Below are positions 9,218 to 18,484 of a stretch of DNA of 64,000 bases, piece after piece (the first letter of the stretch is position 1; each line of letters opens with the position of its first letter). The stretch is from positions 1-64,000 of the IMG/VR virus record IMGVR_UViG_3300044639_001309; one strand, 5' to 3'. The translations under genes were made by a program, and so were the position numbers. Below the pieces are notes generated by a model, which did no database searches, had not been told where the DNA came from, and saw only the letters and a program-made list of their open reading frames with translations. The DNA is from an uncultured virus (IMG/VR IMGVR_UViG_3300044639_001309). Lineage: Duplodnaviria; Heunggongvirae; Uroviricota; Caudoviricetes.

Positions 9218-10001
9218 CTGGTATTTTACAAACCGGAATTGGTTCCATTTTGTGCAAGTTTCGGGCACGTATAGCACGGTATGCTTTGAGCCTTTTCTTT
9301 TCTTGTGCATTATCAACACCCGAATTGGTTTCTGCTTGGTGCATGGCCTGTTCTAATTCTGGATAAGTCATACCCAATTGATCTTCGTCGGTACGACCAT
9401 CTGTCCATAGGCCATCTGTAGGAGCCGCATCAATGATTTCTTGTGGCAAGCCAAATTCACGACCCATGTCCCACACAGCAGTTTTCATGCAGTCACCAAT
9501 AGGACTGATATCTACGCCGCCATCACCGTATTTGGTAAAGAAGCCCACACCAAAGTCTTCTACCCGATTGCCTGTGCCCACAACAATACCACCATGGCTT
9601 TGTGCAATTTGGTACAAGGTCATCATTCTCAATCTAGCACGTGAGTTGGCAAAAGCTAGATAAACTCGTTGTTCATCTGCATTTTCCCTACAGTAAGGTA
9701 TGAGATTTTTTTCAAATGAATCAAAAACTTTGGTCAAGTCCATGCTCATGTGTGTGACGTTTTCTTGATAGCGATCCAACAACCAAGAAGCCTGCATTGA
9801 ACTGCGATTATCTAGTTTCTTGTTTTGCCTAATAGGCATTTGCACCACAATGGTTTTTAGTCCAGTGTTGGCACAAAGTGCGCTGACAACTGAGCTGTCA
9901 ATCCCACCCGAAATGCCAACAACCAGGGTATCAACTTTGGCACTACGGGCGTAGTCTTTGATCCACTTGGTAATGTGTTTAATGCGTTGCTTGGGTGTCA
10001 T
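9207..10001 (-). CDS. nadE: NH3-dependent NAD+ synthetase
   Basis: VGISGGIDSS, NSRARLRM, GTGN, GFFTKYGDGGVD, PTDGLW..GRTDEDQLG. Confidence 0.95.
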   Translation of the reverse strand: MTPKQRIKHITKWIKDYARSAKVDTLVVGISGGIDSSVVSALCANTGLKTIVVQMPIRQNKKLDNRSSMQASWLLDRYQENVTHMSMDLTKVFDSFEKNLIPYCRENADEQRVYLAFANSRARLRMMTLYQIAQSHGGIVVGTGNRVEDFGVGFFTKYGDGGVDISPIGDCMKTAVWDMGREFGLPQEIIDAAPTDGLWTDGRTDEDQLGMTYPELEQAMHQAETNSGVDNAQEKKRLKAYRAIRARNLHKMEPIPVCKIPVDH

Positions 10002-10549
10002 TTGATCTCCGGTGGTGGCATGCTTTTGAGTGTATTCCACATTTTGGTTTTTTCTTTAAACTCAGCTTCGAGTTTTCTATACTGGTCGCCTACTTCACGT
10101 AGTTGGTCCCATTCAGCTTCTAATTCAGGATTGGGTTGTAATAAATTAAGACGATCCTGAATTACTTTTAGTGTGTCACTGAGACTGACTCCGTTGATTT
10201 TGATATCAGCGTTTTCACCTTTGACATCAATTACGCCACTGCCTTGATTAGAGTTAACATGCACACCGGATGAGGCTGCACCTGTGTTGCTCCAATTAAA
10301 TCCTGGCCCTGAAACTCCGGTTGTTATTGGTCCAATTGTGTACACCGGGCTTCCACCTGATATTGTCATTGACCCGTATCCTGACCCTAGTGTAATTGTA
10401 TCCACAGTATTAGAGGACGCCATGGTATCTTGATCAAGCCATGAACTGTCATCAGTTGAGTCTGTTAAATCCAAACTTAATGTATCGGTTGTGGAGGACA
10501 TACTATTAAACAAATCTAATTGTTCTGTATAATCTTTTTTAATTCCCAT
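9998..10549 (-). CDS. hypothetical protein (Ser/Thr-rich N-terminus, coiled-coil C-terminus)
   Basis: Long ORF in an operon arrangement. Confidence 0.6.
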   Translation of the reverse strand: MGIKKDYTEQLDLFNSMSSTTDTLSLDLTDSTDDSSWLDQDTMASSNTVDTITLGSGYGSMTISGGSPVYTIGPITTGVSGPGFNWSNTGAASSGVHVNSNQGSGVIDVKGENADIKINGVSLSDTLKVIQDRLNLLQPNPELEAEWDQLREVGDQYRKLEAEFKEKTKMWNTLKSMPPPEIK

Positions 10550-10689
10550 GATCCATCCTTTAAGTCTGTCCAATTAAGGACATCACCTTCTTGCCAACCG
10601 GCAGCTTCTAATAAATCCTCTGGGAACTTAAGAATAGCATCACCGGTTTCTGGGTCTTCTTCAACTGTAAGAGTCCAGGACTGAGTCAT
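10516..10689 (-). CDS. AbrB/MazE-like small DNA-binding protein
   Basis: Not in the ORF track; reads MTQSWTLTVEEDPETGDAILKFPEDLLEAAGWQEGDVLNW, a swapped-hairpin pattern. Confidence 0.6.
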   Translation of the reverse strand: MTQSWTLTVEEDPETGDAILKFPEDLLEAAGWQEGDVLNWTDLKDGSWELKKIIQNN

Positions 10690-10690
10690 T

Positions 10691-10876
10691 TTATTTTGTT
10701 GCCAAAGCTTCTTTTTCTGCTGTGATTTCTTTACGGCGCTCTTTGATGCCTTTGCTCATTTCTTGCAAGGCCTTGCGAGCACGGGCGGCTGCCGCTTTAA
10801 CACCCTTTTGGGTAAACTTCTCATTTTCTGCCAGGTAGCTTTCGTAAGCGGCTACGATTTGTTCGTGTTGTGTCAT
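10691..10876 (-). CDS. histone H1-like nucleoprotein (Hc1 family)
   Basis: ENEKF.QKGVKAAAARARKALQEMSK.IKERRKE matches the Hc1 N-terminal motif. It has an SD and its own promoter (TTGACA-17-TAAAAT, 10903-10931). Confidence 0.75.
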   Translation of the reverse strand: MTQHEQIVAAYESYLAENEKFTQKGVKAAAARARKALQEMSKGIKERRKEITAEKEALATK

Positions 10877-10946
10877 TGTAATCTCCTTAAGTTGACTCTA
10901 GTATTTTATGATTAAATGCCACCAATGTCAATGGTTTTTGGCACTC

Positions 10947-11183
10947 TTAGTCTATGTGTCTTTTGTTCCAGCAATCCCAGATTGTGATATTGTCCCAACC
11001 ATGTGACCAATTCAAATGGAATACAGATAGGCCTCGTTGTTCAAATATCTTCATGCGATTATTTTCTATGGATACCTGAACATTTGAATCTTTGGCCCAT
11101 TGTTTGAGCAGTTGCTCTGCATTCTTATCTCGCAGAATAACTATGTACAGAGCTTCTTGAGCTCTGAAATTGCTTATACTCAT
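10947..11183 (-). CDS. hypothetical protein
   Basis: ORF tightly packed with neighbours. Confidence 0.55.
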   Translation of the reverse strand: MSISNFRAQEALYIVILRDKNAEQLLKQWAKDSNVQVSIENNRMKIFEQRGLSVFHLNWSHGWDNITIWDCWNKRHID

Positions 11184-11184
11184 T

Positions 11185-11439
11185 TTAATGTATGGTTGTA
11201 CCGATTGGTATTGTTATATCGTTTAACAGAGATTGCTCAGTTTCGTGAATCAAATCTTCAAACTCATGGTTAAGCTCTATGTAGTCTTCATCGTACTTGC
11301 TAGCAGACTTAGAATCCATTCCTAAAAGACGCATTATGTGTCCCATGCGTATTTTTTTATAACCATATGAGTGCATTACTTTGCATAAATCAAGGAGTAG
11401 TAATTTTATTGTGTCCTCTGAGACTTTGTCATCTAACAT
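11185..11439 (-). CDS. hypothetical protein
   Basis: ORF tightly packed with neighbours. Confidence 0.55.
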   Translation of the reverse strand: MLDDKVSEDTIKLLLLDLCKVMHSYGYKKIRMGHIMRLLGMDSKSASKYDEDYIELNHEFEDLIHETEQSLLNDITIPIGTTIH

Positions 11440-11516
11440 ATTTTTAATTATGACTGATACAAAGATATGGTGTTTTTGGCACTCTAATAATTTATGGTTT
11501 TAGATTAAGAGGCCAT

Positions 11517-11541
11517 AAAAAAGCGGCCTCTTGGGCCGCTT
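11517..11541 (-). terminator. rho-independent terminator
   Basis: Minus strand AAGCGGCCCAAGAGGCCGCTTTTTT. Confidence 0.8.
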
Positions 11542-11560
11542 GTTAATATAAGCATTGCGC

Positions 11561-11920
11561 TTATACTTGGGCTTCAGGAGCCTTTACTTCTGTTTTTGCA
11601 ACAGGAGCCTTGGTTGCCACAGTCTTTGCAGACTTTGCAGTTACCTTGATCTCGCCTTTCTTGGCAAGCTTGGTCTTCTCAGACAGCTTGTTGGCTACGG
11701 CATAGCTGGCATCACCAGTGTAGCCTTGTGTGTCTTGCAAGAACTGCAGGGCCTGCAGTTTTGTCATGGGCGATGGGAGTTCAACCAAATTAATGGCTGT
11801 GCATCCTGCCTTGTTGAGGATCTTGATGCGAGCGACGAGGTCGTTAGCAAAGCGAGCCTTTGTGGTACCGTCTGCGTTAGTTGCGGTACCTGCTACTGTA
11901 AAGAGTTTAGATTCTGACAT
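11561..11920 (-). CDS. hypothetical protein with a Lys/Ala-rich tail (possible DNA binding)
   Basis: Has its own promoter (11986-12014), an SD and a terminator. Confidence 0.7.
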   Translation of the reverse strand: MSESKLFTVAGTATNADGTTKARFANDLVARIKILNKAGCTAINLVELPSPMTKLQALQFLQDTQGYTGDASYAVANKLSEKTKLAKKGEIKVTAKSAKTVATKAPVAKTEVKAPEAQV

Positions 11921-12139
11921 AATGTTGCCTTTCAAAGTTGCCTATTAAGTTAAAGTTTGTATGCTGTTTTTATCAGCATATCATTAGTATAGCAAAAAAG
12001 GGTTTTTGTGTCAACCTTTCCTGCTATATTTGAGCAAGCAAATGTGTTGTTTTTTTGCAACATATTTACCCGCTCAAAACTGGTTAATTTTTTGTCCATG
12101 TATGTATTATAGCACGAATCAATTAATTGGTCAACCATT

Positions 12140-12559
12140 TTATTGGTAGTCTTTGTCCAATTTAACATTGGTCAGACCTGCAATGGTTTGGAAACGATTC
12201 CAGGCATCCTGGGCCGCAGGGTTGCGTTTGAGTTCACTGCTGGGCAGTACTGCCTCAAGCCAAATCTCAGAGCGGCGAGCTGGATGAGCACCAAACTTGC
12301 GTGGTTGGTGCAGTTTACCTGATTCCCAAAGTTCAATGCTGACACTACGAAACTTAGCTTCATCTTCGTCTGTATAGTGGCCCCATTCGGGATTACTCCA
12401 ACCGCTACTCTGATGATATCCTTGCCAGATACCAGCCCATTGTTCATCATCGTGAGGATCAAAATCCGTGCGACTGATGATAATCAAAACGTCGTTGATG
12501 TCTACTCGACCGTCCACAATATCTCGGACACAACGGCTGTAACTAAGTCCAATTTTCAT
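12140..12559 (-). CDS. hypothetical protein
   Basis: 139-aa ORF in the early gene array. Confidence 0.65.
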   Translation of the reverse strand: MKIGLSYSRCVRDIVDGRVDINDVLIIISRTDFDPHDDEQWAGIWQGYHQSSGWSNPEWGHYTDEDEAKFRSVSIELWESGKLHQPRKFGAHPARRSEIWLEAVLPSSELKRNPAAQDAWNRFQTIAGLTNVKLDKDYQ

Positions 12560-12565
12560 ACAATG

Positions 12566-12988
12566 TTACCATGAAGAATTATAAAATACTTTCAATCCCA
12601 TGAACAACTCAGCTCGAGCGTTCCGTATAAATTCAAGATCTTGATCTTGATAGTGGTCATCTGCATCATCACCAAAAAAGAATCCAGATGTACCTGGTAA
12701 TGTACCTGCAATGACATCAAGCTCAAGTCGTTCTAAATCATCATAAGTTAACTCAAGTTCAATACCATTAAAGGTGTTGCCATCCTGATTGCCACCGTTG
12801 CGTTGATTCCACAGTTGTTCCATCCAACCATGCAGGTTAGGGTGCTTGCGCCAGTAAGCAAGTTCACGTGGTTTAGATACTACCTTGTTGACAAAATCCC
12901 TAGAATCTTGGTCAAATTCGGCACCCTCGTAAAACTCACTTTGTTGTCCAGCTCTGGCAGCCACGTATGCATACATATCAAGTCCCAT
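12566..12988 (-). CDS. conserved phage protein (MGLDMY...YWRKH family)
   Basis: MGLDMY, YWRKHPNLHGWM, LPGTSGFFFG and FYNSSW motifs. Confidence 0.75.
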   Translation of the reverse strand: MGLDMYAYVAARAGQQSEFYEGAEFDQDSRDFVNKVVSKPRELAYWRKHPNLHGWMEQLWNQRNGGNQDGNTFNGIELELTYDDLERLELDVIAGTLPGTSGFFFGDDADDHYQDQDLEFIRNARAELFMGLKVFYNSSW

Positions 12989-12999
12989 GCTGGCGCTCC

Positions 13000-13341
13000 T
13001 TATCTAATTGCAATTGCATGTTCGTCACGTCGATTGCTGTAATAACGATGACCGATCCTGCGAATAGTATCTGCGGCTGTCTGCGGATCAGCATCAAACA
13101 TATCCTGAATGTCATCTTTGGTAATGCCTTCTTGAGCATTAAAAATATAAATTTCGTAGTGTCGTTGACTATTATAACGTGCTCTGAGTTCAAGGTGCAT
13201 CAAATTGGGAATCCTCACAGTATCGGGTTCACCTTTTAGTGCGGCCCAAACTTTGGCGCCCTGAGTTTCGGTAATGTCAATCAAGGTCTCAAGACCGTAG
13301 CAGTCCCACATGGCCAAAAATTGATGGTCTTTGGGATTCAT
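13000..13341 (-). CDS. hypothetical protein
   Basis: ATGA-coupled ORF. Confidence 0.6.
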   Translation of the reverse strand: MNPKDHQFLAMWDCYGLETLIDITETQGAKVWAALKGEPDTVRIPNLMHLELRARYNSQRHYEIYIFNAQEGITKDDIQDMFDADPQTAADTIRRIGHRYYSNRRDEHAIAIR

Positions 13342-13586
13342 AGTTGAAACTTTTTCAAATAGTCTTTGGCCAAGGACAAGTCTTCTTTGTTAATAGCATT
13401 AATGGTTTCGTCAACTAGTTCTAGCAAAATCAATCGCATGAGTGTTTCGCTCATTTCTCGTTCTTGAAGATCTAAAGTTGCCTGCCAAGCTTCTATGTCT
13501 TCATAGTGTTCAAGACTCCACATTATGTCCAGCATTTCAACCTGACGACCAGTGAGATTACTAATATTAATATCTTTATCAAACAT
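13338..13586 (-). CDS. hypothetical protein
   Basis: Coupled ORF. Confidence 0.6.
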   Translation of the reverse strand: MFDKDINISNLTGRQVEMLDIMWSLEHYEDIEAWQATLDLQEREMSETLMRLILLELVDETINAINKEDLSLAKDYLKKFQL

Positions 13587-14317
13587 TATAACACCTTAAC
13601 ACGATTGAGTTGGGTTTTGTTGTCACGATGAGCTTTTACAGTACCAATCAATTTGATTTGGATACCTGAATTCAGCTGAGATTTGTAGCTGAAAAACAAG
13701 GCTCGATTATCTTGGGTAATTGCAGTGACCCAAAAAATGTTGTATGTGTTGCTCCAGTTGGCACTCACAACTTCTGCATCTAATGCTACTTTGTCGCTGA
13801 CATTGCCAACATAGCCGCCGCTGGCATTGCGTACACGGTCCTGGATTGACTGGCGCACCAATGCACGTTGATGGCTCTGTGGCAAACATGCAACCACAGC
13901 CAATTCCAGTCGATGTTGTACAGTATCAAATTCATCTTCAACAGCCACAACCCGGCTGACACTTGCATCAAATGCACTGAGCTGGCCTTTGAGCGCACGG
14001 AAGGTAAGATCATTTTGCAAGAATCTACGGCACTCGCGACCAATCAAACGATCCTCGTCGGTGATGGTACCGGGCACAGCCAGGAAGTCCATCATGATGT
14101 CACGATTGCGCTTCTGGAGAGTCTCATAGGAACCATCTTCAGTTATATTGGTCTTATCTTCTTTGAGATATTCTCCGTTAACACGTTGTGCCGCTACAGC
14201 CGCACCCCAAACATCATCAACAGAATACTTAAATGAATTCACTGTAGCTTTGGTGCGACGAACACCATAACGAGGATTGTAACCATTTGCTGGGTGAAAA
14301 TAAGTCTTGGGATTCAC
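13586..14317 (-). CDS. hypothetical protein with a probable C-terminal OB fold
   Basis: GTVKAHRDNKTQLNRVKV terminus; SD present. Confidence 0.6.
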   Translation of the reverse strand: MNPKTYFHPANGYNPRYGVRRTKATVNSFKYSVDDVWGAAVAAQRVNGEYLKEDKTNITEDGSYETLQKRNRDIMMDFLAVPGTITDEDRLIGRECRRFLQNDLTFRALKGQLSAFDASVSRVVAVEDEFDTVQHRLELAVVACLPQSHQRALVRQSIQDRVRNASGGYVGNVSDKVALDAEVVSANWSNTYNIFWVTAITQDNRALFFSYKSQLNSGIQIKLIGTVKAHRDNKTQLNRVKVL

Positions 14318-14329
14318 GGTGTCTCCTGT

Positions 14330-14737
14330 TTACTTAACTAATACGTAGGGCTTGCTCCACTCACCAATATTCAGGTGAATGTAAAAAGCGGTGTCAAAAT
14401 AATCTGTCATTGCATCACTGCGGTCGTACCACTGACGCTCGGGTGCAGTCTTGATGATACGCAAGAACTGATCAATTGCATCCTTGGCTTCGCCAGTAAA
14501 ATGATCTTGGAACCAGTAGGGGTTAATCTGCATGTAACCTTCTGCAAGACGACTGTCAACATGACGGTGATCTATGGTCTGATTGTGATTTTCAAAGAAA
14601 TCAATAGGACCAGATTTAACAGTGACTTCAACGCTGAGTGAACCACTGCCTTTACGGGCACTGAATTTAAACTTGGGGAATTGTGCTTTGAGTGCGTCGC
14701 GAATTGACTTGACTTCTTGTGCTCCGATATATGCCAT
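14330..14737 (-). CDS. early protein resembling large-polyvalent-protein-associated domains
   Basis: IRDALKAQFPKFKFS...DAMTDYFD; first gene after the promoter at 14770-14798. Confidence 0.6.
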   Translation of the reverse strand: MAYIGAQEVKSIRDALKAQFPKFKFSARKGSGSLSVEVTVKSGPIDFFENHNQTIDHRHVDSRLAEGYMQINPYWFQDHFTGEAKDAIDQFLRIIKTAPERQWYDRSDAMTDYFDTAFYIHLNIGEWSKPYVLVK

Positions 14738-14769
14738 TTTCTGCTCCTGTTTTGTTAGTGTATGTGTAT

Positions 14770-14798
14770 ATTATAGCAAATTGGGAATTATTGGTCAA
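14770..14798 (-). promoter_or_regulatory. sigma70-type early promoter (conserved-spacer family)
   Basis: GGTTGACCAATAATTCCCAATTTGCTATAAT. Similar copies at 12106, 15362, 17174, 17709, 29805, 29954, 30219 and 37792. Confidence 0.85.
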
Positions 14799-14804
14799 CC
14801 AAAA

Positions 14805-15056
14805 TCAATTGGCCATCAAATTGATTTGGACCTGGTGACCTTCGTGTGTAATCACGGTGCCCACTGGACGGCTTTCGCCCAGAACTGGACTACGACGACG
14901 AATTTCTGCCAGATACTCCACAGCATATCGCAGAGCCGCACCATGCGATACTGTGGCTGTTTTTGTAAAAACATCATTGATGGTTGCATACATACCAAAT
15001 CCGTCAATGATAAAACGAATTCGGGTGCTGTTGCTAAAACCAGATACGTGACGCAT
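14805..15056 (-). CDS. hypothetical protein
   Basis: SD AAGGA upstream. Confidence 0.55.
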   Translation of the reverse strand: MRHVSGFSNSTRIRFIIDGFGMYATINDVFTKTATVSHGAALRYAVEYLAEIRRRSPVLGESRPVGTVITHEGHQVQINLMAN

Positions 15057-15068
15057 TTTGATTTCCTT

Positions 15069-15332
15069 TTAGCGGCTGAGATTCATAACACGGGCATCAA
15101 ATTCCATGAAGCTGACTTCAAATGGAACAAACACTTCTTTGCCAACACGGCCAGCATCTTCAGCATCTGACCAGCTGTCTTTGGTCACTACAATCACAAA
15201 ACAATCGTAGCCACGGTTGTCAATTTTTTGAACAACACCTTCAACAAAACAATCTTCGCGGCCTATCAACGGCTTGAAATCATATGCACGGATGGTGTCA
15301 CCGACTTGAGCAATCTTTGCAAATTTTAACAT
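15069..15332 (-). CDS. hypothetical protein
   Basis: SD AAGGAG after the promoter at 15362-15390. Confidence 0.6.
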   Translation of the reverse strand: MLKFAKIAQVGDTIRAYDFKPLIGREDCFVEGVVQKIDNRGYDCFVIVVTKDSWSDAEDAGRVGKEVFVPFEVSFMEFDARVMNLSR

Positions 15333-15361
15333 ACCAGCTCCTTTTTGTTTACTATACAAGT

Positions 15362-15456
15362 ATTATAGCAAAATGGGCAATTCTGGTCAACCAGCTATTT
15401 CTGCGACTTTTTTAAGCAGAAAAACGTGGCATCTACTGTGTTGCGAAAATACAACA
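15362..15456 (-). promoter_or_regulatory. early promoter with upstream CTG-N13-CAG and TGTTG-N8-CAACA operators
   Basis: -10/-35 at 15362-15390; operators at 15401-15419 and 15439-15456. Confidence 0.7.
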
Positions 15457-15643
15457 GAACTTTTAACTCTGATTTTCTGCCTTTTCTGCGCCATTCTTCG
15501 TTGAGAAATTGCACACGATAAAACCAACGTCGACCTGCTTGGGTACCCGGGAGGCCAAACATCTCGGTGGCTGTTGCCACAGCACCAACCTTCCACTCAT
15601 CGGTCCAACTAATTTTACCGCCATCAACTCGTGTGGTTTTCAT
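15395..15643 (-). CDS. small hypothetical protein (F...DAT.F.LK family)
   Basis: C-terminal LYFRNTVDATFFCLK. Confidence 0.55.
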   Translation of the reverse strand: MKTTRVDGGKISWTDEWKVGAVATATEMFGLPGTQAGRRWFYRVQFLNEEWRRKGRKSELKVLLYFRNTVDATFFCLKKSQK

Positions 15644-15939
15644 TAGTCACCCGAATCAATTTGATAACGATCGCCACAGTGGACACAATCATAATTGGTC
15701 AAACATCGCCCGGCATTACTGCTTTGATAATGGTGAGTGCATGGATCACCTTGTGCGTTCAATCGGACTTTGCCACGTGGGGTGCCGTACATGTACTGGC
15801 CGCCACAATTGGAACAACCTAGGGTGTCTGTGTCTTTGTCGTAGCCTGAATAGACATGTTTGTATTTTTGTTGTTCAGGGCTTGGCGTCACACGACCAGA
15901 GCCGTTGCACACAGGACAAGTTCCGTATTCTACTGTCAT
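15643..15939 (-). CDS. zinc-finger protein
   Basis: CPVCNGSG, CSNCGG and CVHCG motifs. Confidence 0.65.
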   Translation of the reverse strand: MTVEYGTCPVCNGSGRVTPSPEQQKYKHVYSGYDKDTDTLGCSNCGGQYMYGTPRGKVRLNAQGDPCTHHYQSSNAGRCLTNYDCVHCGDRYQIDSGD

Positions 15940-15948
15940 TTTATTTCC

Positions 15949-16257
15949 TTACGCAACCAACCACATCAATTCTTCTTTGACTTCAATGCTTTCGCTACCG
16001 TCGTACTCGTGGATTCTAAATTCAGCACCCACATCAAGCCAGGCAATTTCTAGATCTCTCATGCCACCGTCGTAGATGTCAGGATACTTGAGGCTAACGT
16101 AAACTGCTAATTCATCCCATTGTTCTTTTTCTACAAAATCAACAATCACAGGATTGAACACCAGCTCGGGCAACTCTTGATTCCAAGTTGACCAACCAGC
16201 ACCAAAGCCGGGCGAGTACAATACTGCTACTTTACCGTCTCTGATTAATTTTTTCAT
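15949..16257 (-). CDS. conserved phage hypothetical protein
   Basis: VAVLYSPGFGAGWSTWN...FRIHEYDGSE. Confidence 0.7.
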   Translation of the reverse strand: MKKLIRDGKVAVLYSPGFGAGWSTWNQELPELVFNPVIVDFVEKEQWDELAVYVSLKYPDIYDGGMRDLEIAWLDVGAEFRIHEYDGSESIEVKEELMWLVA

Positions 16258-16863
16258 TTTTCAATTCCCAAATGTTGTTTTATCTGCATCATTGCATCGT
16301 CGTATCCATTCAGATACAAGTTGGACATACAGTCTTGAGCAATGGCTTCTGTAAATTTGCGCAGAATGGAGTAGGTGTCCTCCATCTGATCCAAGGGATC
16401 TCTGTCCAGGATTTCCGCAAATTTAATAATAAGGTTATCTACGTTTTGATGCATTGTATTAAACTCCGGTATGGAAAGGGTTGCGTCTACGCAAATGAGC
16501 CAGTGCCGATTCTTTGCTGTCGAACCTACCACTGATAGGTGTTTGGTGGGCTCCACGCACAATGTACCAGCCACCCAACAAACCATTATATACGACTTTC
16601 ATTATACTGTCTCCGCTGTTTTAGGATAACGATCGTAAGCCTCACTGGCTCCGTCACATGAGAATTTGCTAGAGCCAAACTGGTTGATCACATGCACAAG
16701 AATGTCATCATAAGCGGCCCACTCAATACACTCTTTGCGAGCTGTTTGATAGTTATTTGTTGTCAACAAAATTTGACGTCCAAATACATCTGTGATAGCA
16801 TCTTCCTTAGATGATACCTTAGTTACCACTCGATATTTGTAAGGCATGTTACCGTATCGCATA

Positions 16864-17142
16864 TCAATTGCTCCAGTAGGCTTCGCTGTCAACTCGGCAA
16901 GCCCAAGGTGTGTCAGCGTCAATTTTCACTGGCTTGCCTGTCATCAAATTACGAACAGTGATCTTGGGTGCCGTGTAAGTGTCACGGCTCACAATGTTCA
17001 GTTGGCTTTCGTTCCAACCTGCTTTGTTGCAGAGACGGGTACGAGTTGCTTTGGCGGCACCAAATGTTTTGTAGGCACGAGTCTTGTTGGGACCGTCGGT
17101 AACGATTAAACCAGTACCTTTTGAGACAATTACGTATGACAT
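16864..17142 (-). CDS. hypothetical early protein
   Basis: SD AAGGAG; first gene after the promoter at 17174-17202. Confidence 0.65.
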   Translation of the reverse strand: MSYVIVSKGTGLIVTDGPNKTRAYKTFGAAKATRTRLCNKAGWNESQLNIVSRDTYTAPKITVRNLMTGKPVKIDADTPWACRVDSEAYWSN

Positions 17143-17173
17143 ATCTAACTCCTTTGTTTCTTACTATACTTCT

Positions 17174-17277
17174 ATTATAGCAAAATGGGTAATTCTGGTC
17201 AACTGTTTTGTGTGTTGTGAAAAAACAACACTTTCTGTCTATTTTTTAAGCAGATTGAGTGTTGTTTTTACGCAACA
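17174..17277 (-). promoter_or_regulatory. early promoter with three upstream operator palindromes
   Basis: TGTTG-N8-CAACA at 17213-17230 and 17260-17277 flank CTG-N13-CAG at 17235-17253. Confidence 0.75.
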
Positions 17278-17279
17278 GA

Positions 17280-17681
17280 TCAGAGTTCAATGGCTCTGCG
17301 GAACAAGATTTCTTGTTTGGAAAATGCCTGTATTTCCCAAGGCTGTTCCAGATACGGGACTTTGCGTCCGTAGTACTTGCCTTTCCACAGCTTGCCACGT
17401 GGTGTCAACTGCAAGGTGCCTTTGGCAAACTGTGCCACATGAGTGAGCTCGTGCGCCAGGGTGGCACCCATGGCCTGAAGATCCTTAACGGGTTTGAGCA
17501 CAATCAAATAGGTGTCCAAACCTTTGAGAGGAACTGTGGTGCCCAGGTCTTCAAGGTCAGGATCTAATATGATGTGCAGGAGTTTTTTATGTTTTACGAG
17601 CTTCAATTGCTCTATCATAGAAGGTAGAAGTGCTTCTACGTATTTTTTGGCTTTGGGATTGCCTTCAACATAAAATTCCAT
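17280..17681 (-). CDS. zinc metallopeptidase-like (HExxH) protein
   Basis: TLAHELTHVAQF...YLEQPWEIQAF. Confidence 0.75.
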   Translation of the reverse strand: MEFYVEGNPKAKKYVEALLPSMIEQLKLVKHKKLLHIILDPDLEDLGTTVPLKGLDTYLIVLKPVKDLQAMGATLAHELTHVAQFAKGTLQLTPRGKLWKGKYYGRKVPYLEQPWEIQAFSKQEILFRRAIEL

Positions 17682-17708
17682 GCGTTGCTCCTTGTTGCTA
17701 TAACTTCT

Positions 17709-17792
17709 ATTATAACAAAACAGGGAATTCTGGTCAACCACAGATTTCTGCTTAATTTTTAAGCAGTTTTATAGTGTTGTTTTTACGCAACA
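17709..17792 (-). promoter_or_regulatory. early promoter with a perfect CTGCTTAA-N3-TTAAGCAG palindrome and TGTTG-N8-CAACA
   Basis: Palindromes at 17748-17766 and 17775-17792. Confidence 0.75.
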
Positions 17793-18484
17793 AAATCTAT
17801 ATAACCAGATTCAGCAGTCCAGTCCATGGTTGACAATTTCTTTGCAATAGCAGTCAGTGTTTCTTCTTTGGAAAACTCTGCGTTCTTTTTAATCCAACGT
17901 CGATGATTTTCTGCCAACACATCAATGTTGGTCGTCCAGCCTTGTTGCTGTAGGTTATTGACAAAATTTTCTTTAAACAACAAGTTAAAATTAATGTTTT
18001 TACCGTAGGTATTTGCAACACGATCGTACATGGTCTGCATCCATAATCTTTTTGATTGTTCAAACCAATACGAAGCGGCTTTTTCAAACTTTCCATTGAG
18101 GCAAAGAGTTTTAGCTATCTCAAACCAAGATTCGCCAGGTGCAACTTTGATAGCAAGTTTTTGCAGTTTCATTTGTCTTAGAACTATCTGCTCTTGTACC
18201 TGTGGGTCAGTGACTACAATATTAATCAATGACCAGTTGCTGTTGATAATTGGTTCAAATAAATGTGTGCTAACAAAACCATTTGGGGGTACAGGTAATT
18301 GCTGAACAGCATCCAACACTGACATTTCGTTGTCTTGTATTTTTCTTTCAAACTTTTTTAAAGAATGATCAGTAGGAACGCTGATACCGGATATTTTGGT
18401 TAGCTTTATTCCATTGCAACTGGTCACAAACAAATCACCAGCTGAGCCGCCATTGTAGGAAACAAAAGTATAATCAGTATTCAT
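17783..18484 (-). CDS. hypothetical protein, possibly sulfotransferase-like P-loop fold
   Basis: N-terminal FVSYNGGSAGDLF; weak similarity only. Confidence 0.45.
   Translation of the reverse strand: MNTDYTFVSYNGGSAGDLFVTSCNGIKLTKISGISVPTDHSLKKFERKIQDNEMSVLDAVQQLPVPPNGFVSTHLFEPIINSNWSLINIVVTDPQVQEQIVLRQMKLQKLAIKVAPGESWFEIAKTLCLNGKFEKAASYWFEQSKRLWMQTMYDRVANTYGKNINFNLLFKENFVNNLQQQGWTTNIDVLAENHRRWIKKNAEFSKEETLTAIAKKLSTMDWTAESGYIDFVA

Noticed and set aside
11950..12168. 72-aa ORF between two promoters
   Set aside because: It runs through promoter and operator elements. A shorter leaderless version from 12099 is possible but unsupported, so it is not called.
15401..17766. CTG...CAG palindromes as LexA SOS boxes
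   Set aside because: The spacing is N13, not the N10 of the proteobacterial SOS box, and the CTGT/ACAG ends are not conserved.
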